In this document: positions 46,343-61,120 of the stretch, piece by piece
Position numbering within the stretch: the stretch's first letter is position 1
Layout of the letters: the number at the start of each line of letters is the position of its first letter
Source: Eledone cirrhosa
Taxonomy: Eukaryota
Reading direction: 5' to 3'
DNA: 64,000 nucleotides
Assembly: GCA_964016885.1 (NCBI GenBank)
Contig: OZ024751.1
Coordinates: forward strand, 18,662,001-18,726,000
Position numbers and translations under genes: made by a program
The notes under the pieces: generated by a model
Database searches by the model: none
Told to the model about the DNA's origin: nothing
Seen by the model: the letters and a program-made list of their open reading frames with translations, nothing else

Positions 46343-46732
46343 AATTCTATTTCGTTGCTTTAGTTCCCTTAAATTTGGGGAAGTAGGCTCATATCTTTTA
46401 AACCCTTCCAATAAACATATTCCTGACGGAAGACACTATCTGTCATGATTTTCGAACATTACATTGAAATTTAGGCTCAAAAGCCAACACTATTTGAGGA
46501 AAAGGGAAAGTTGATTAAATCGGCTTCAGTATTTATTATTGCTTTATTTGATCGTAGTCGAAAGGATAAAAGGCAAAAGTTGACCCCAGCACGAATTGAA
46601 GTCAGATTTAAAAAAAAAAAAACTTATTTCGCAATTGCACCTCATTTATCATTCATCATCATCATCATCACTATCATCATAGTCATCATCATCATCATTA
46701 TTATCATCATCATAGGGCGGTGAATTGGGTTA

Positions 46733-46925
46733 GGGCGGTGAATTGGCAGTATCGGTAGAGGGTTGGACGCCATGCTTTCTAGCATAGTTACGTCCCTTTA
46801 CAGTCTGAGTTCAAATCCCGCCAAGGTTAACTTTGCCTTTCATCCTTACGGTGTCGATAAAATAAAGTACCAGTAATGTACTGGGTAATTGCTGGCCTGG
46901 TGCCTAAAATAGAAACAATTATTAT
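46733..46925 (+). mobile_element. tRNA-derived SINE family C
   Basis: gggcggtgaattggcagtatcggtagag...gagttcaaatcc...tttgcctttcatccttacggtgtcgataaaataaagtaccag...tagaaacaattatt; many copies in the window. Confidence 0.85.
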
Positions 46926-47103
46926 CATCATCATCGGCAACGTTAGTATTATAGTTGACAATATTGTTGTTGTTGTTGATATCTAAAAAAAAGGCGCGGT
47001 GATCCCAAACTCATAAACAATGCTTTACATCGATTCAGTAAATTTCTCCAGCTTAGCGTAGATATGGAGACTCACACGCCTCCTTCAATATACCTGTGTC
47101 TGC

Positions 47104-47150
<47 letters not shown>

Positions 47151-47154
<4 letters not shown>

Positions 47155-47463
47155 GGAGGTGAGTTTTATTGTAGTACAATAAAGCAATGCAGATATCGGA
47201 TAAGAAGCACTCTACAGTTTGTAGGACTGGAGTATACATAATATAAGATCAAAAGATGGTTAAAGGAGTTCCATGTATTTTATTATGCGCATTTCAAAAA
47301 CAAACATCATCATGCAATAATATTTGTGTTTTCATCAGATAAAACAGGAGAACATGATATGAAGGCTAAAAAACACTTGTGGATAGTGCAGTTTTAAATC
47401 AACATATATATTTTTGAAATGCGCATAATAAAATACATGGAACTCCTTTAACCATCTTTTGAT

Positions 47464-47470
<7 letters not shown>
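47151..47470. mobile_element. H3 element (about 255-bp unit plus 60-bp inverted copy)
   Basis: 47241-47300 is the reverse complement of 47411-47470; homologous to 61752-62170; (TA)n on both sides. Confidence 0.75.
47278..47344 (-). ncRNA. Type I hammerhead ribozyme motif (family H3)
   Basis: Minus strand reads ttttat-CTGATGA-(long stem II aaacacaaat...atgtttgttttt)-GAAA-tgcgca-TA-ataaaa; stem III palindrome ATGCGCAT. Confidence 0.75.
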
Positions 47471-47528
<58 letters not shown>

Positions 47529-47951
47529 GTGTGTGTGTGTGTTTATATATGTATGTATATATATATATTTATGTGTCAATGTATATATTTGTAAGTGTGT
47601 ACCCAAAACACACACGAAGTATATTTATATATGCTTTGATTTACACTCACACGCACTTACGCTCAAGTGTGTATGTATATATGTCTAAATGGCTAGCCAT
47701 ATACATACACATATGTCTATATATGTGTGTGTGTGTATTATGCATTCGCATGTACATATACATACACATATGTCTATATATGTGTGTGTGTGTGTGTGTG
47801 TGTATTATGCATTCGCATGTACATATACATTTATATATATATGTGTATATATATGTATATGTATATATATGTATATATATATATGTATATATGTATGTAT
47901 ATATATGTATATATATATATGTATATATATATATATGTGTATATATATATA

Positions 47952-48092
<141 letters not shown>

Positions 48093-48201
48093 ATATATAT
48101 ATGTGTATATATATATATACGTATATATATATATACGTATATATATATACGTATATATATATATATATATACGTATATATATATATATATATATATATAC
48201 G

Positions 48202-48301
<100 letters not shown>

Positions 48302-48325
48302 GTATATATATATATATATATATAC

Positions 48326-48383
<58 letters not shown>

Positions 48384-48450
48384 GTATATATATATATATA
48401 TATACGTATATATATATATATACACGTATATATATATGCGTATGTGAGAA

Positions 48451-48533
<83 letters not shown>

Positions 48534-49073
48534 ATGTATGTATGTATAATACACACGCTGCCTTTTGTTCACTAGTTTCTTTTTTCATGTACATTTTTTG
48601 GCATGTCGCAATAAAATATGCATAAGTGATCACGTGAGCATGTGAATTTCTATTAATCTGCACGAGGAAGCATGTTTTATTGAGGAACGACTATCGATTG
48701 AAACGTTCAAAAACCTTCTTCTTCCCACCATACATATATAGAGACACATGCTGAGTGTGTCTGTTTGTGAGGTTGGCTGTGGGGGGCGTGCGTTGGTGTA
48801 TGTTGTGTGCGTTTGTGTGTGGTGTATTTAAGGGGTGGTCTCTGTTTGATGGTGAGATGTGTCTGTGTGTTGGTAAGTGTGAATGTGTGCGAGCATGTGT
48901 GTTAATGTGTGTGTATTGGTGCACTAAACGTCCCTTTCTTTCTCTCTCTATCTCTCTCTCCCTTTCGTTCTTGTCTCATATAGGCGTGTAAACCTAAACT
49001 ACATGCATGTACACGATGCATATTATACATATGTAATAGGTGATATGTGTATGTAAACGTATGTGCCTGTATA

Positions 49074-49138
<65 letters not shown>

Positions 49139-49208
49139 TATATATATATACATATATATATATATGGAATACTATTAGCTTCTCGCTAAAACAATTTCTA
49201 TACAATTC

Positions 49209-49256
<48 letters not shown>

Positions 49257-49379
49257 GATGGAGTACGTAAGCAAAAACTATACTGCTGTCGATATTCACA
49301 CATACGATCAGAGACACGCACACGTATATATATATATATATATAATATGTGTGTGTGTGTATATATATATATATATTTA

Positions 49380-49757
49380 TGGAGGCACATGGCTTAGTGG
49401 TTAGAGCATTGGCCTGGCAATCGAAAGGTTGTGAGTTCAATTCTTAGACCGGGTGGTGTGTTGTGTCCTTGAGCAAGACACTTTATTTCACATTGCTCCA
49501 GTTTACTCAGCTGTAGAAATGAGATGATAGGGAATAGGGTCCCTATCATTCCACTGCAAAGTGGTCGTGGAGGTGCCACGGCAAAAAAGCACGCAGCCCA
49601 CATTCTAAAGTGGTCGTGGAGGTGCCACGGAAAAAAAGCACCCAGCACTCACTGTAAATGAGGTTGGTGTTAGGAAGGGCATCCAGCTGTAGAAATCAAG
49701 CCAGAATCAGTTCCCGTCCCACCCTTGCAAGCAGGGAAAAAGCGGACATAAAATGAA
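49380..49757 (+). mobile_element. tRNA-derived SINE family A, full length with internal duplication
   Basis: A box tggcttagtggtt, B box gagttcaattc, CORE-like tgtgtccttgagcaagacac...cagctgtagaaatgag; 3' end ...aaaatga. Confidence 0.85.
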
Positions 49758-50273
49758 AATATATATATATATATATTGACGGAAATATTGTTAAAATTAA
49801 AAATATTAGCATTTATACTCAGGAAATATGTGGGAAATATATTGCATAACGTTTCGAGATTTGCCCTTCGTCACATGGTAGAGAGTGGCCAAAAGGCTTG
49901 TAGGGAAAGTAAGAATGTAAAATGAAAACAAATTCAGGTTGACAATACGTGTGAGATTATTTATATATCATGTGTGCGTGTATATATATATATATATATA
50001 TACAGAGAGAGAGAGAGAGAGAGAGAGACTGTACAGTGTGTTTGTGTACACCTAATTTTCTTTAGTGTCCCATAAGTAAACCAGAACATTTATTGTTTTG
50101 ATTATACGCTGTATACTCACATTTCTTTGAATTTGTTTGTATATACGCCTTGGTGTGTATATATAAAGGATGTATATACATACATATATATAAATATATA
50201 TATTTAAAAAAAATATATATATATATATTGTTATTTCTTCTTACCTTTTACACACATATATGTTTACACACAC

Positions 50274-50369
<96 letters not shown>

Positions 50370-50676
50370 TATATATATATGCTTGCATATGTGTATATAC
50401 TCAAACCGCCGATCTCACGCACAACCCTTTGTATTTATATACATTAATACAAAACAACAACAACAACAACAACATCACCAAACAAACAGGACTGAATCTT
50501 CAATATTGTATGCATACTTATCATCATGTGTATATAAATTAATTATAAAGCATTGTATGTATGTGTGTATATATGTTTGTATGTATGTATATATGCATGT
50601 ACGTATATTAGTGTATGTATAAATGTATTTGTGAATGAACATAAGAGCGTATGCACGCATCTTGTGTATATATATA

Positions 50677-50714
<38 letters not shown>

Positions 50715-51001
50715 TTTAGTGTATGCATGTATGTAGGTATGTATATATTTATATATGTAAGTATGTGTATTAAGGTGTGTGTGTGTGTGTGTGTGTGTTT
50801 GAGTATTGGCAGTTGTCTCTTTTTTTAAATAAACGCCTGGCAGGGATAAATTATGTATATGACTTATTCCTATATTGTTAAAGCCAGCCATATTTTTATG
50901 ACTGTATGTCTGTCTGTGTGTGTGTGTGTGCGTGTCTGTGCATCGGTGTATATGTACACACACACACGCACATATCCATATATATATATGCATGTATGTG
51001 T

Positions 51002-51063
<62 letters not shown>

Positions 51064-51143
51064 GGAAATATAGATAGGCTTGAAAGATAAGTGTGACATA
51101 CGGTAGGTACCTAGTGAAGGATTGATCGCCAGACTGACTTTGA

Positions 51144-51180
<37 letters not shown>

Positions 51181-51322
51181 GGGGGTGGGGGGTGGAACGG
51201 GAGATTGGCTGTGTATGTGTGTCGGATATAAAATGAAAAAAGAATGAAAAATGATGGAGAGTCACAAGAGAGAGTTTATATGTGTTTATTACTGAGGTGG
51301 ATTAGAAAACAGAAAGTAAAGT

Positions 51323-51393
<71 letters not shown>

Positions 51394-51706
51394 TAGCATA
51401 AACGAGAGTAAAAGAGCAAAGACGAAAGTGGAATGGTGAGAGTTGAACTCAAAAAGTGAGAGAGTCGACGGAATGGATGTTGTTTTTTTCGTTGTTGGCG
51501 GTGATGTGCTGTGTTATTCGTGGTGGTGGTGGTGGTGGGTGAAAGCAGCAGGAGGAAAGGAGAGATGATGCGTCAGATGACATCTGAAGCTTAAAGTTGT
51601 CGGCCACAATAGGGTCCTCCTCACCCTGGGAACTGCGGCAGGCGTCATTGTGAGTTCATTTCCTCCCTGACACATCAGATCCGGCGCTGTCTTCGGGGCA
51701 CACCCT

Positions 51707-51738
<32 letters not shown>

Positions 51739-51893
51739 TCTCCCTCTCTCCCTCTCTCTCTCTTTCCAGTGTAGAAAGCAAACAAAAATGAGTGTCAAAC
51801 ATACATACATGCAAGTGTGTATATGTAAATATATATATATATAAAGAGAGGGAGGGTATATATGTCTGTGTGTGTATATATATATATATATAC

Positions 51894-52078
<185 letters not shown>

Positions 52079-52125
52079 ATATATAAAGAGAGAGTATATT
52101 ATATATATATATATATAAAGAGAGA

Positions 52126-52162
<37 letters not shown>

Positions 52163-52819
52163 CATATATACCATTATTTTTTTACAAAAGCGTGTATAAA
52201 CATTGACGACTGAATAAATAAGACACGCGACGTAGAGCAAAATATTTATTTTTTAATCTGTTTGGTGTTTCAAGGATTCTAAATGTATATGATGTTATAT
52301 TTTATATGAGAATATATCTATACATTATTAGACTACACTGTATGCCTACAGATCGACTATATTTTTTCTGTCCACGAAGAGATTGTATATACAGATAAAG
52401 TGCTTACATATGTCTATATGTACATGGATCACTAAAAATCAATAGATATATTTTGTAGAACAGCACAGCATTGAAACAAAGACTGTTAACACACCAGCAT
52501 TTTATTAATCGAACATGCTGACAAGAATGCGTGATACATGCAAATTGGTCAAGCCAGTTCTCCTAAGCCCTTCAGAAATAACGGGTTTATAAACAGTGTC
52601 TCTGTGGACAGTTACAAATATTACTTACTGTTAGTCACCGATGACATGTTAATATAGTGATTGAAACTAGTCCTCCTTACTTCCTTATTTTCTTTTCTAT
52701 CCTCCTAGATGTTCTACATAAATACAACATATTTACATAGTCTAGTATTCGGCTAAAATCTAGAAATATTGTCGTCTATAAGGCTCGGCTGGGGAAACAG
52801 AAACAGGAAGGTGAGGAAT

Positions 52820-53385
52820 CATAGCTTGGACGAAATGGTCAAAGCTGGTCCTGTGACGGTCATAGTTTGGAGGGGACGGTCTTAGCTTAAATGGGCTAGC
52901 CAGAGTTTGATCATGGAATAATCATAGCTTGAATATGATGGTCATAGCTTAGTCATGGAATAATCTAAGCTTGACTGGAACTAGAGCCGGTCCTGTGACG
53001 GTCATAGTTTGGATGAGACGGTCTTAGCTTAAATGGGCTAGCCAGAGTTTGATCCTGGAATAATCATAGCTTGAATATGATGGTCATAGCTTAGTCATGG
53101 AATAGTCTAAGCTTGCCTGGAACTAGAGCTGGTCCTGTGACGGTCATAGTTTGGATGAGACGGTCTTAGCTTAAATGGGCTAGCCAGAGTTTGATCCTGG
53201 AATAATCATAGCTTGAATATGATAGTCATAGCTTAGTCATAAGCTGCGCATAGCTTGGTGATGGGGTGGTCATATCTTGACTGGGCTGCATATAGCTTAG
53301 TCATGGAAGGGCCATAGCTAGAATAGGCTGGTTATAGCTTAGTCATGGAATAGTCTAAGCTTGACTGGAACTAGTCATGGCTTGA
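52820..53385. repeat. 142-bp tandem repeat built from about 23-bp tcatagctt subunits
   Basis: ggtcctgtgacggtcatagtttgg recurs at about 52847, 52989 and 53131. Confidence 0.85.
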
Positions 53386-53720
53386 AGTGAATGGTCAAGG
53401 GATGGTCAGAGCTTGCTCATGGGATGGTGATAGTTTGAGTGTCTCTTTAGGCATATGTCTGCTAAAAAAAAAAATGGCTGATCTGTTTCTAAATAACATC
53501 AATAACACCGCAGTCTCTAGATCACCACTTCCACAATCAACCCTCTACCACTATCCCCATCATCATAGTTATCATTACCACGACCACCACTTCTACCTCC
53601 ATCATCATCATGCACATTATCATCACCACAACCACCATCATCATAATCATTATCATGACTACAAACACCATTATCATCATCATCATCATCATCATCATCA
53701 CCACTATGATTACCACTACC

Positions 53721-53754
<34 letters not shown>

Positions 53755-56250
53755 CTGCAATCACTACCACCACCACCACCACCATCGTATCATCATCATC
53801 TCCACTACCACGACCATCGTCCTCATCACCACCACCACCATCATCGTCACCACTATCACGACTACCACCACCATCATCACTGTATCATTATCATAACCAC
53901 CACCATCACCATCATCATCAACATTATCACCACCACCACCTCCACTACCACCACCACTACCATTACCACCACCACTGTATCATTACCACCACCACTGTAT
54001 CATTATCCTCTCCACTACCACCACTACCACCACCCCTACCACCACTGTATCAGTATCCTCTCCACCACCACCACTACCACCACTACCACTACCACCACTA
54101 CCACCACTACCACCACCACTACCACCACTACCACCACCACCACCACAACTCCTACTACCACCACCACCACCACTACCACCAACAGCACTACCACCACTAC
54201 CACCACTACCACCACCACCACCACCACCACCACTACCACCACCACTACCACCACCACCACTACCACCACATCATCATCACCATCATCACTATGATGTGTG
54301 CCATACTCTCACCTTACACTCGCTCACTTGATCGTTTAACTGTGACAAAGACGGTGCCATGAGCAACACAGGGAACGATCAAAGCACACGTGACCTATAT
54401 ATTGCCTGATCGATGATTACGATGATAGTAATGTAGTAGTAACAGCAGCAATAGTAGTAGTAGTAGTAGTAGTAGTGGTAGTAGTAGTAGTAGTAGTAGT
54501 TGTTGTGGTGTTGTAGTAGTAGTGGTTGTTGTTGTGGTGTTGTAGTGGTAGTGGTGGTAGTAGTAGTTGTTGTTGTAGTGGTAGTAGTTGTTGTTATTGT
54601 GGTGTTGTAGTGGTGGTAGTAGTAGTTGTTGTTGTAGTGGTAGTAGTAGTAGTTGTTGGTGTTGTAGTGGTAGTAGTTGTTGTTATTGTGGTGTTGTAGT
54701 GGTGGTAGTAGTAGTTGTTGTTGTAGTGGTAGTAGTAGTAGTTGTTGGTGTTGTAGTGGCAGTGGTAGTTGTAGCGGTAGTGATGGTGGTAGTAGTAGTG
54801 GTATTAGTGGTGGTGGTGGTGGTGGTGGTAGTAGTAATGGTAGTAGTGGTAGTAGTAGTAATAGTTGTTGTTGTTGCGGTAGTAGTAGTAGTGGTAGTAG
54901 ATTTTGTTGTTCTTAGTGTTGTTGTTCTTATTGTTCCCGTTGGTAGACGTGGTGTTGGTGACGGTTTCGCTGGCAGTAGTGGTGGAGGTTTTGGTAGTGG
55001 TGGTAGTGCTGGTAGTGATGGAGGTGCTGTTGATGGTAGTGGTGGAGATTTTGGTGGTTGAAGTGGTGGAGGTGGTGGTGTTGGTAGTGACAGAGGTGCT
55101 GATGATGGTGGTTGTGGTGGTGGAGGCGGAGGTGATGGTAGTGGTAGTGGTGGTAATTGTATAGATTGTAGCGGTGGTGGCCGTCGTGATGATGACAAAG
55201 AAGTGACAAAAAAATGGAACATCTATAATAACATCAACAACAACAATAACAATAAAAAATGCGTTAAAAAACAAATATAATAAACAAAGAGTAATAACAT
55301 TCTTTTCTTTTTTTTTTTTTAAATATTTTTGCGTTTTTCTTTTCTTAGTACTTTTGTACTTTTAGGGTCCAAGTCCCTCAAATTATGAAAGATATGATTG
55401 GTTCAGAGTAGAGGCAAATCGATTCTCGAAATGGATTCAATAATCAAAAGACGATTAAAAAAATATATTTTAGTGTAATAGTTTCGGACAGAAGACCAAG
55501 TAGTGATACAGTGTTTATAAACAGGTTGGTGACGGCTGGAATGCATTCGACCATAAACACAAAGGATGAGAAGAAGAACAATAATAATATTTCGTTTATT
55601 TTCAACTAAGCAAACGAAAAAAAAATTCAAATGATTTTTGTAGTAGTATGGGAAAGTAGTAGGGTGTGATTTGATGAAGGTTTGGCTGCTATTTCTAACA
55701 ACCACGCAGGGGCTCGTTTATCGCCTCGCTACATCCATTCATGTTTAGTTTCTGTGTCTATAATGACAGCGTGGGTGTTTTTTAAACCTTGTAACAACGT
55801 GTGTTAAAAACAAAAAACATTATTCTTACATCTATAGATTTGAGATTTTCCACGCCACGTTAGTTGCTTACAAAATATACAACAGGTTTTATACTGTTAC
55901 TGTACTTAGTATACAGAGAATGGAGTCACTTTTGTTTGTCATTAGTTGATAAGGGACAAAAATATGTCGCATGTCTCGGCTAAAAAAAATAAATCGTGTT
56001 TGTATCTCGCAACTGACAATTGAATACACTGGGTTCCTGAGCACGAAGTAATTTAACCCTTTCTTTACAATATTTCGAAAAGAAAACAAAAAAGAGAAAA
56101 AAAATAACAAACAAAAAATCCTCGAATCATTACCAGTGATTTTCAAGTAATGTAGAAAATAAACAAAACTTTGGAAACATTTAGTAATACAACCAACGCT
56201 CGCATAGTTAATCAGATTTGTGGAGCATAACTAAGAGTATCTTACATAAA

Positions 56251-56640
56251 ATAATTGTTTCTACTTTTGGCACAAGTCCATCAATTACCCAGTACATTAC
56301 TGGTACTTTATTTTATCAACCCCGCAAGGATGAAAGGCAAAGTTAACCTCTGCGGGATTTGAACTCAGAATAGCAAGGGCGGTAACTCTATGCGTCAAAG
56401 CATGGTGTCCGACCCTCTACCGATACTGCCAATTCATCACCAGTCTATCTTACATAAAATAATTGTTTCTATTTTTGGCACAAGGCCAGCAATTACCCAG
56501 TACATTACTGGTACTTTATTTTATCGACCCCGTAACGATGAAAGGCAAAGTTAACCTCGGCGGGATTTGAAATCAGATCATAAAGGGACGTAACTCTATA
56601 CTTCAAAGCATGGTGTCCGACTCTCTACCGATACTGCCAA
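56251..56640 (-). mobile_element. Two tandem SINE family C copies
   Basis: 56251-56438 and 56459-56640, each preceded by tatcttacataaaat. Confidence 0.85.
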
Positions 56641-57209
56641 GAGTTTTAGATAGATACAGATATTTTACACATTTTGGCACCATAATTCTAAATGTCCTAG
56701 GTATGACATTAAATTACATCCAGTGGCAAGGTTCCTTTTCGGGAGTTCAGGAGCTGTGGGGAATGTGGTGTTAGCCCTTAGTTATTATCACTCCTACCCA
56801 GGGCTGCTCTGGCCCGGAGTAGTAGTACCTGTTAGGGCCCCATTTATGGCTTAAATAATTACCATATTCGAGTGGCACCGGTAAGGTATTATCAGCCACT
56901 GAAAAGAACCATGATCTCGGGAATTTTACCCGCCCTAGATAGAATTCTAAAGAAAGTGTTTATGATTTTCAAAATAATCAATAATCTAGAATTATTTGGA
57001 AATACAACAAACTTTTAAAGTAATATGATTGAAGATTATTAAGCAGGTCTTTCCAACAAAATTTCCTTTGTCTCTACTTTGGTAAGGAAAAAATATAACA
57101 TGAAGGAAAACATTCAACCCACCAGAGGGCTCAGGGGCCTGGGAACCCAGAAAGAGATTTAACGAATAACTAACGTCTTCCAAATTCTCATATATATATA
57201 TATATATAT

Positions 57210-57413
57210 AACAAAGAAGGTGTGGTGAGATACCAGGTGGGCCATAATGTACCAGAGTACTCGCTACTTAGAGTAGTAGAGTGGGTAATAGGAAAAGAGT
57301 CAAGACCCCGACGGCTTATTTTCGGCCGTTTCGACAGCTAGATCCGAACCAGGTTCGGATCTAGCTGTCCAAACGGCTGGAGCTCAGCCGTCGGGGTCTT
57401 GACTCTTTTCCAA
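57210..57413. mobile_element. Hairpin element H5, second copy
   Basis: Shares the tail and the gaccccgac...tttcgac-stem-gtc(g/c)aaac...gtcggggtc layout with 17587-17780. Confidence 0.7.
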
Positions 57414-57432
57414 TATATATATATATATATAT

Positions 57433-57628
57433 AGTTTTAATATAGATGAGATTCTACAGGACTAGAACTGTTTCATTCTTTAGAAATCATCAGGGATTCC
57501 TGATGATTTCTAAAGAATGAAACAGTTCTAGTCCTGTAGAATCTCATCTATATTAAAACTTTTATACTCTGCAATGTATTGAGTACCTTACTTACTGTGG
57601 TTACTTCCGATTCAACCCGGAATAACGT
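57433..57628. mobile_element. Palindromic hammerhead-bearing element H1 (Penelope-like/retrozyme relic)
   Basis: Near-perfect 128-bp palindrome 57433-57560 plus tail ...cttactgtggttacttccgattcaacccgg, flanked by (TA)n. Related pieces at 9726-9840, 19818-19846, 20252-20490, 21523-21642, 32442-32530, 32647-32678 and 63831-64000. Confidence 0.7.
57493..57545 (+). ncRNA. Minimal type I hammerhead ribozyme motif (family H1)
   Basis: gggattc-CTGATGA-t ttct aa agaa t-GAAA-cag ttctagtc ctg-TA-gaatctc: stems I, II and III all form; predicted cleavage after GUA (57538). Confidence 0.75.
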
Positions 57629-58037
57629 ACTATATATATATATATATATATATAACGTGTCCCATTCGTTAGACAGTGATTCAAAAGGGTCATGTTAGAA
57701 AACCCTAGATCGTGTAAAACATTTATTTATGGATATCTTTGTGTATAATTTGTGTTAACATGTGTATAATCACAAATACAGTAAAAAGGTGAGGGGTCAG
57801 TGAAGAGTAGGGGGTTGAAGAAGGAGGAGGGAGGTGGAGGTGTTGATCATGACTGTCGTTAGACTGTGGAATACATTTCATTGGTAAGTTTATAGATATA
57901 TACAGTTGATAAGGAGGTGAATGTAAGTGAAAGAGAGAAGGGAAGAGAGAGATTGAGCTATGTAAACTTGCTAATGTACACGGCGCCGGTTACTCTTGGG
58001 TTGACTTCGATGCACACACAAGCGGAACAAAACACAG

Positions 58038-58269
58038 GTGTATATATATATGTGTGTGTGTTGTGTGATATATATATATGTGTGTGTGTGTGTTGTGTGA
58101 TATATATATATGTATGTGTGTGTGTGTGTGTCTTGTGTGATATATATATATGTGTGTGTGTGTGTTGTGTGATATATATATATGTGTGTGTGTGTGTGTC
58201 TTGTGTGATATATATATATGTGTGTGTGTGTGTTGTGATATATATATGTGTGTGTGTGTGTGTTGTGTG

Positions 58270-58301
<32 letters not shown>

Positions 58302-59080
58302 TGTGTGATATATATGTGTGTGTGTGTGTTGTGTGATATATATATATGTGTGTGTGTGTGTCTTGTGTGATATATATATATATGTGTGTGTGTGTTGTGT
58401 GATATATATGTGTGTGTGTGTGTGTTGTGTGATATATATATATGTGTGTGTTTTGTGTGTTGTGTGATATATATATATGTGTGTGTGTGTGTTGTGTGAT
58501 ATATATGTGTGTGTGTTGTGTGATATATATGTGTGTGTGTGTGTGTTGTGTGATATATATATATGTGTGTGTGTTTTGTGTGTTGTGTGATATATATGTG
58601 TGTGTGTGTTGTGTGATATATATATATATGTGTGTTTTGTGTGTTGTGTGATATATATGTGTGTGTGTGTGTTGTGTGATATATATATATATGTGTGTGT
58701 GTGTGTGTTGTGTGATATATATATATATGTGTGTGTGTGTCTGTTGTGTGATATATATATATTAGTGTGTGTGTGTGTTGTGTGATATATATATATATGT
58801 GTGTGTGTGTGTGTTGTGTGATATATATATATGTGTGTGTGTGTCTGTTGTGTGATATATATATATTAGTGTGTGTGTGTGTTGTGTGATATATATATAT
58901 GTATGTGTCTGTGTGTGTTGTGTGATATATATATATGTGTGTGTGTGTCTGTTGTGTGATATATATATATTAGTGTGTGTGTGTGATATATATATATGTA
59001 TGTGTCTGTGTGTGTTGTGTGATATATATATATGTGTGTGTGTGTGTGTTGTGTGATATATATATATGTGTGTGTGTTGT

Positions 59081-59145
<65 letters not shown>
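58038..59145. repeat. Compound (TA)n(TG)n-TTGTGTGA minisatellite
   Basis: Directly visible periodic array. Confidence 0.9.
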
Positions 59146-59149
<4 letters not shown>

Positions 59150-59251
59150 ATAATATATATGTGTAAAGTTATATCTGTATAAATACAGAGTGTGTAACCG
59201 AAACTACCTCAACTTGTATGATATATACACATATCTAATTTGTAGGCATGT

Positions 59252-59290
<39 letters not shown>

Positions 59291-59497
59291 TAATTTTACC
59301 CCAAGGAAATTTTACATAAATGTTTTTATTGATTATTGACAAGTTACGCACGTTTCACAGATAATTGGCTCAGGCTCCATGTGGATGTAATAGATCCGAC
59401 TCCACAATAGATCTGTTCATCAGACATGATTCAGCTAAAAAACAAATTATTTGTGTGTGTTGTATGTGCGTGCGTGTGTATTCGTATGTATGCAGGC

Positions 59498-59770
59498 ATC
59501 ATCATCATCACCGTTTTACGTCCGTTCTTCCCCGCTAGCATGGGTTAGACGTGTTGTCCTGTTGTGGGCAGTGTCCGGTCGGCTGACTATGCCTTGCTCA
59601 TACGGGAACTGATTGTGGCACGGTTTCTACTGCAGGATGCCCTTCCTAACACCAACCTCATTTACATTGAGTGCTGGGTGCTTTTCTTTCGTGGCGCCTA
59701 CACGTTCACTTTACAGTGTGGGCTGGGTGCTTTTTTGCCGTGGCACCTCCACGAACCACATTGCAGTGGG
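59498..59770 (-). mobile_element. SINE family A tail variant, 5' truncated
   Basis: Tail homologous to the 36513 copy. Confidence 0.75.
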
Positions 59771-59896
59771 AGGATGTGGGTACATAGTGTGTGTGTGTGT
59801 GTGGGGGGGTCATATGAATACATATATTCCAGCAATTTTATAAAAATTCTACATCTTATCTTCTTTTGTTTTTCCATTTTATTGATCTTTCTCCAG

Positions 59897-60076
59897 AATG
59901 GTAACCGTCTACAAGGTCCGCTACAGGGAGTGCCCATGGTCGCATCGAGTCCTGTTCGTCACGAGAGCCCGATGCAAGCTAACCCAGTGGAAGTGCAGAG
60001 TTACCAACCAGCGTGGAAGGCCCTCACGGAATTCACGCTTCAAAACGACCTCGACCATCCACCTTTTCAACAACTG
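59897..60076 (+). CDS. isl1: Islet exon encoding the C-terminal LIM-binding (Lhx3/4-interaction) domain
   Basis: Acceptor tctttctccag|AAT, donor CTG|gtgagc, 180 nt, phase 0/0. Translation [60 protein letters not shown] resembles vertebrate Isl1 GTPMVAASPERH...[24 protein letters not shown]. Confidence 0.96.
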
Positions 60077-60349
60077 GTGAGCAACTTTCTAGCAGATGAT
60101 GATGATGATGGTGATACGGTTGTTTATATTGAAGAGCAGAGATAAAACTACTACTACTACTACCTACTACTACTACTACTACCACTACTACTACTACTAC
60201 TACTAATACGGTAATTGTCCATTGTCTTTCGGCTCGCTGTTACTACATCCAACTACCCGACATCCAGCAATGATGGAGGTGGAGTTGGGAAGTTGTGCTG
60301 TTGACTGGGACCAACCAAACTGACTAGGACATTTACCCCTATCGTTTTT

Positions 60350-60380
<31 letters not shown>

Positions 60381-60525
60381 CGTACAAACATGATCACACA
60401 CGCACACAAACACACATGTACATAAGCACACACTCTAACACAAACACAATTGTTTATTCACTAGTTGACAAGATACATATATGCACACAAACACATACGT
60501 CTCTCTCTATATATATATGTGTATA

Positions 60526-60620
<95 letters not shown>

Positions 60621-60869
60621 GGTAATTCAGAAGGAAAAGCAAAGGAAAAAAGAGTGCTCTATGTATAGTACAAAGCTATTTAATTAGAAAATGAACAACA
60701 CAAAATATAGAGATATGTTATGGATAAAAGATATGAAATGAGATTTCTCATTTCATATCTTTTATCCATAACATCTCTGTCTGACGACCGATCCGCACCT
60801 ATATTATTATTGTCTGGGATCCAAAAACATTTGGTAATGGAGTAGTTAAATTTTGTGTTGTTTAATTTC

Positions 60870-60927
<58 letters not shown>

Positions 60928-61120
60928 GTTAGTCCTTCATCAGTGATCTTCCAACCATCATTGGTATTTCATCGCTTTAAATACCATATACCTCCGGTTG
61001 GTGCGAGCAACGGCTAAAAAAATTCGTTGGGACACGTAAATAAAGGGGACACGAGAGTGTAAACAAACAAAGATGGTGAAGCAACGAAAAGTGAGGAAGA
61101 AGGAGTCAAGTCCCAAATTT

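Noticed and set aside
59564-59896. Open frame running from a SINE into the LBD exon
   Set aside because: A strong acceptor precedes 59897 and Islet similarity begins there; the upstream part is SINE and (TG)n.
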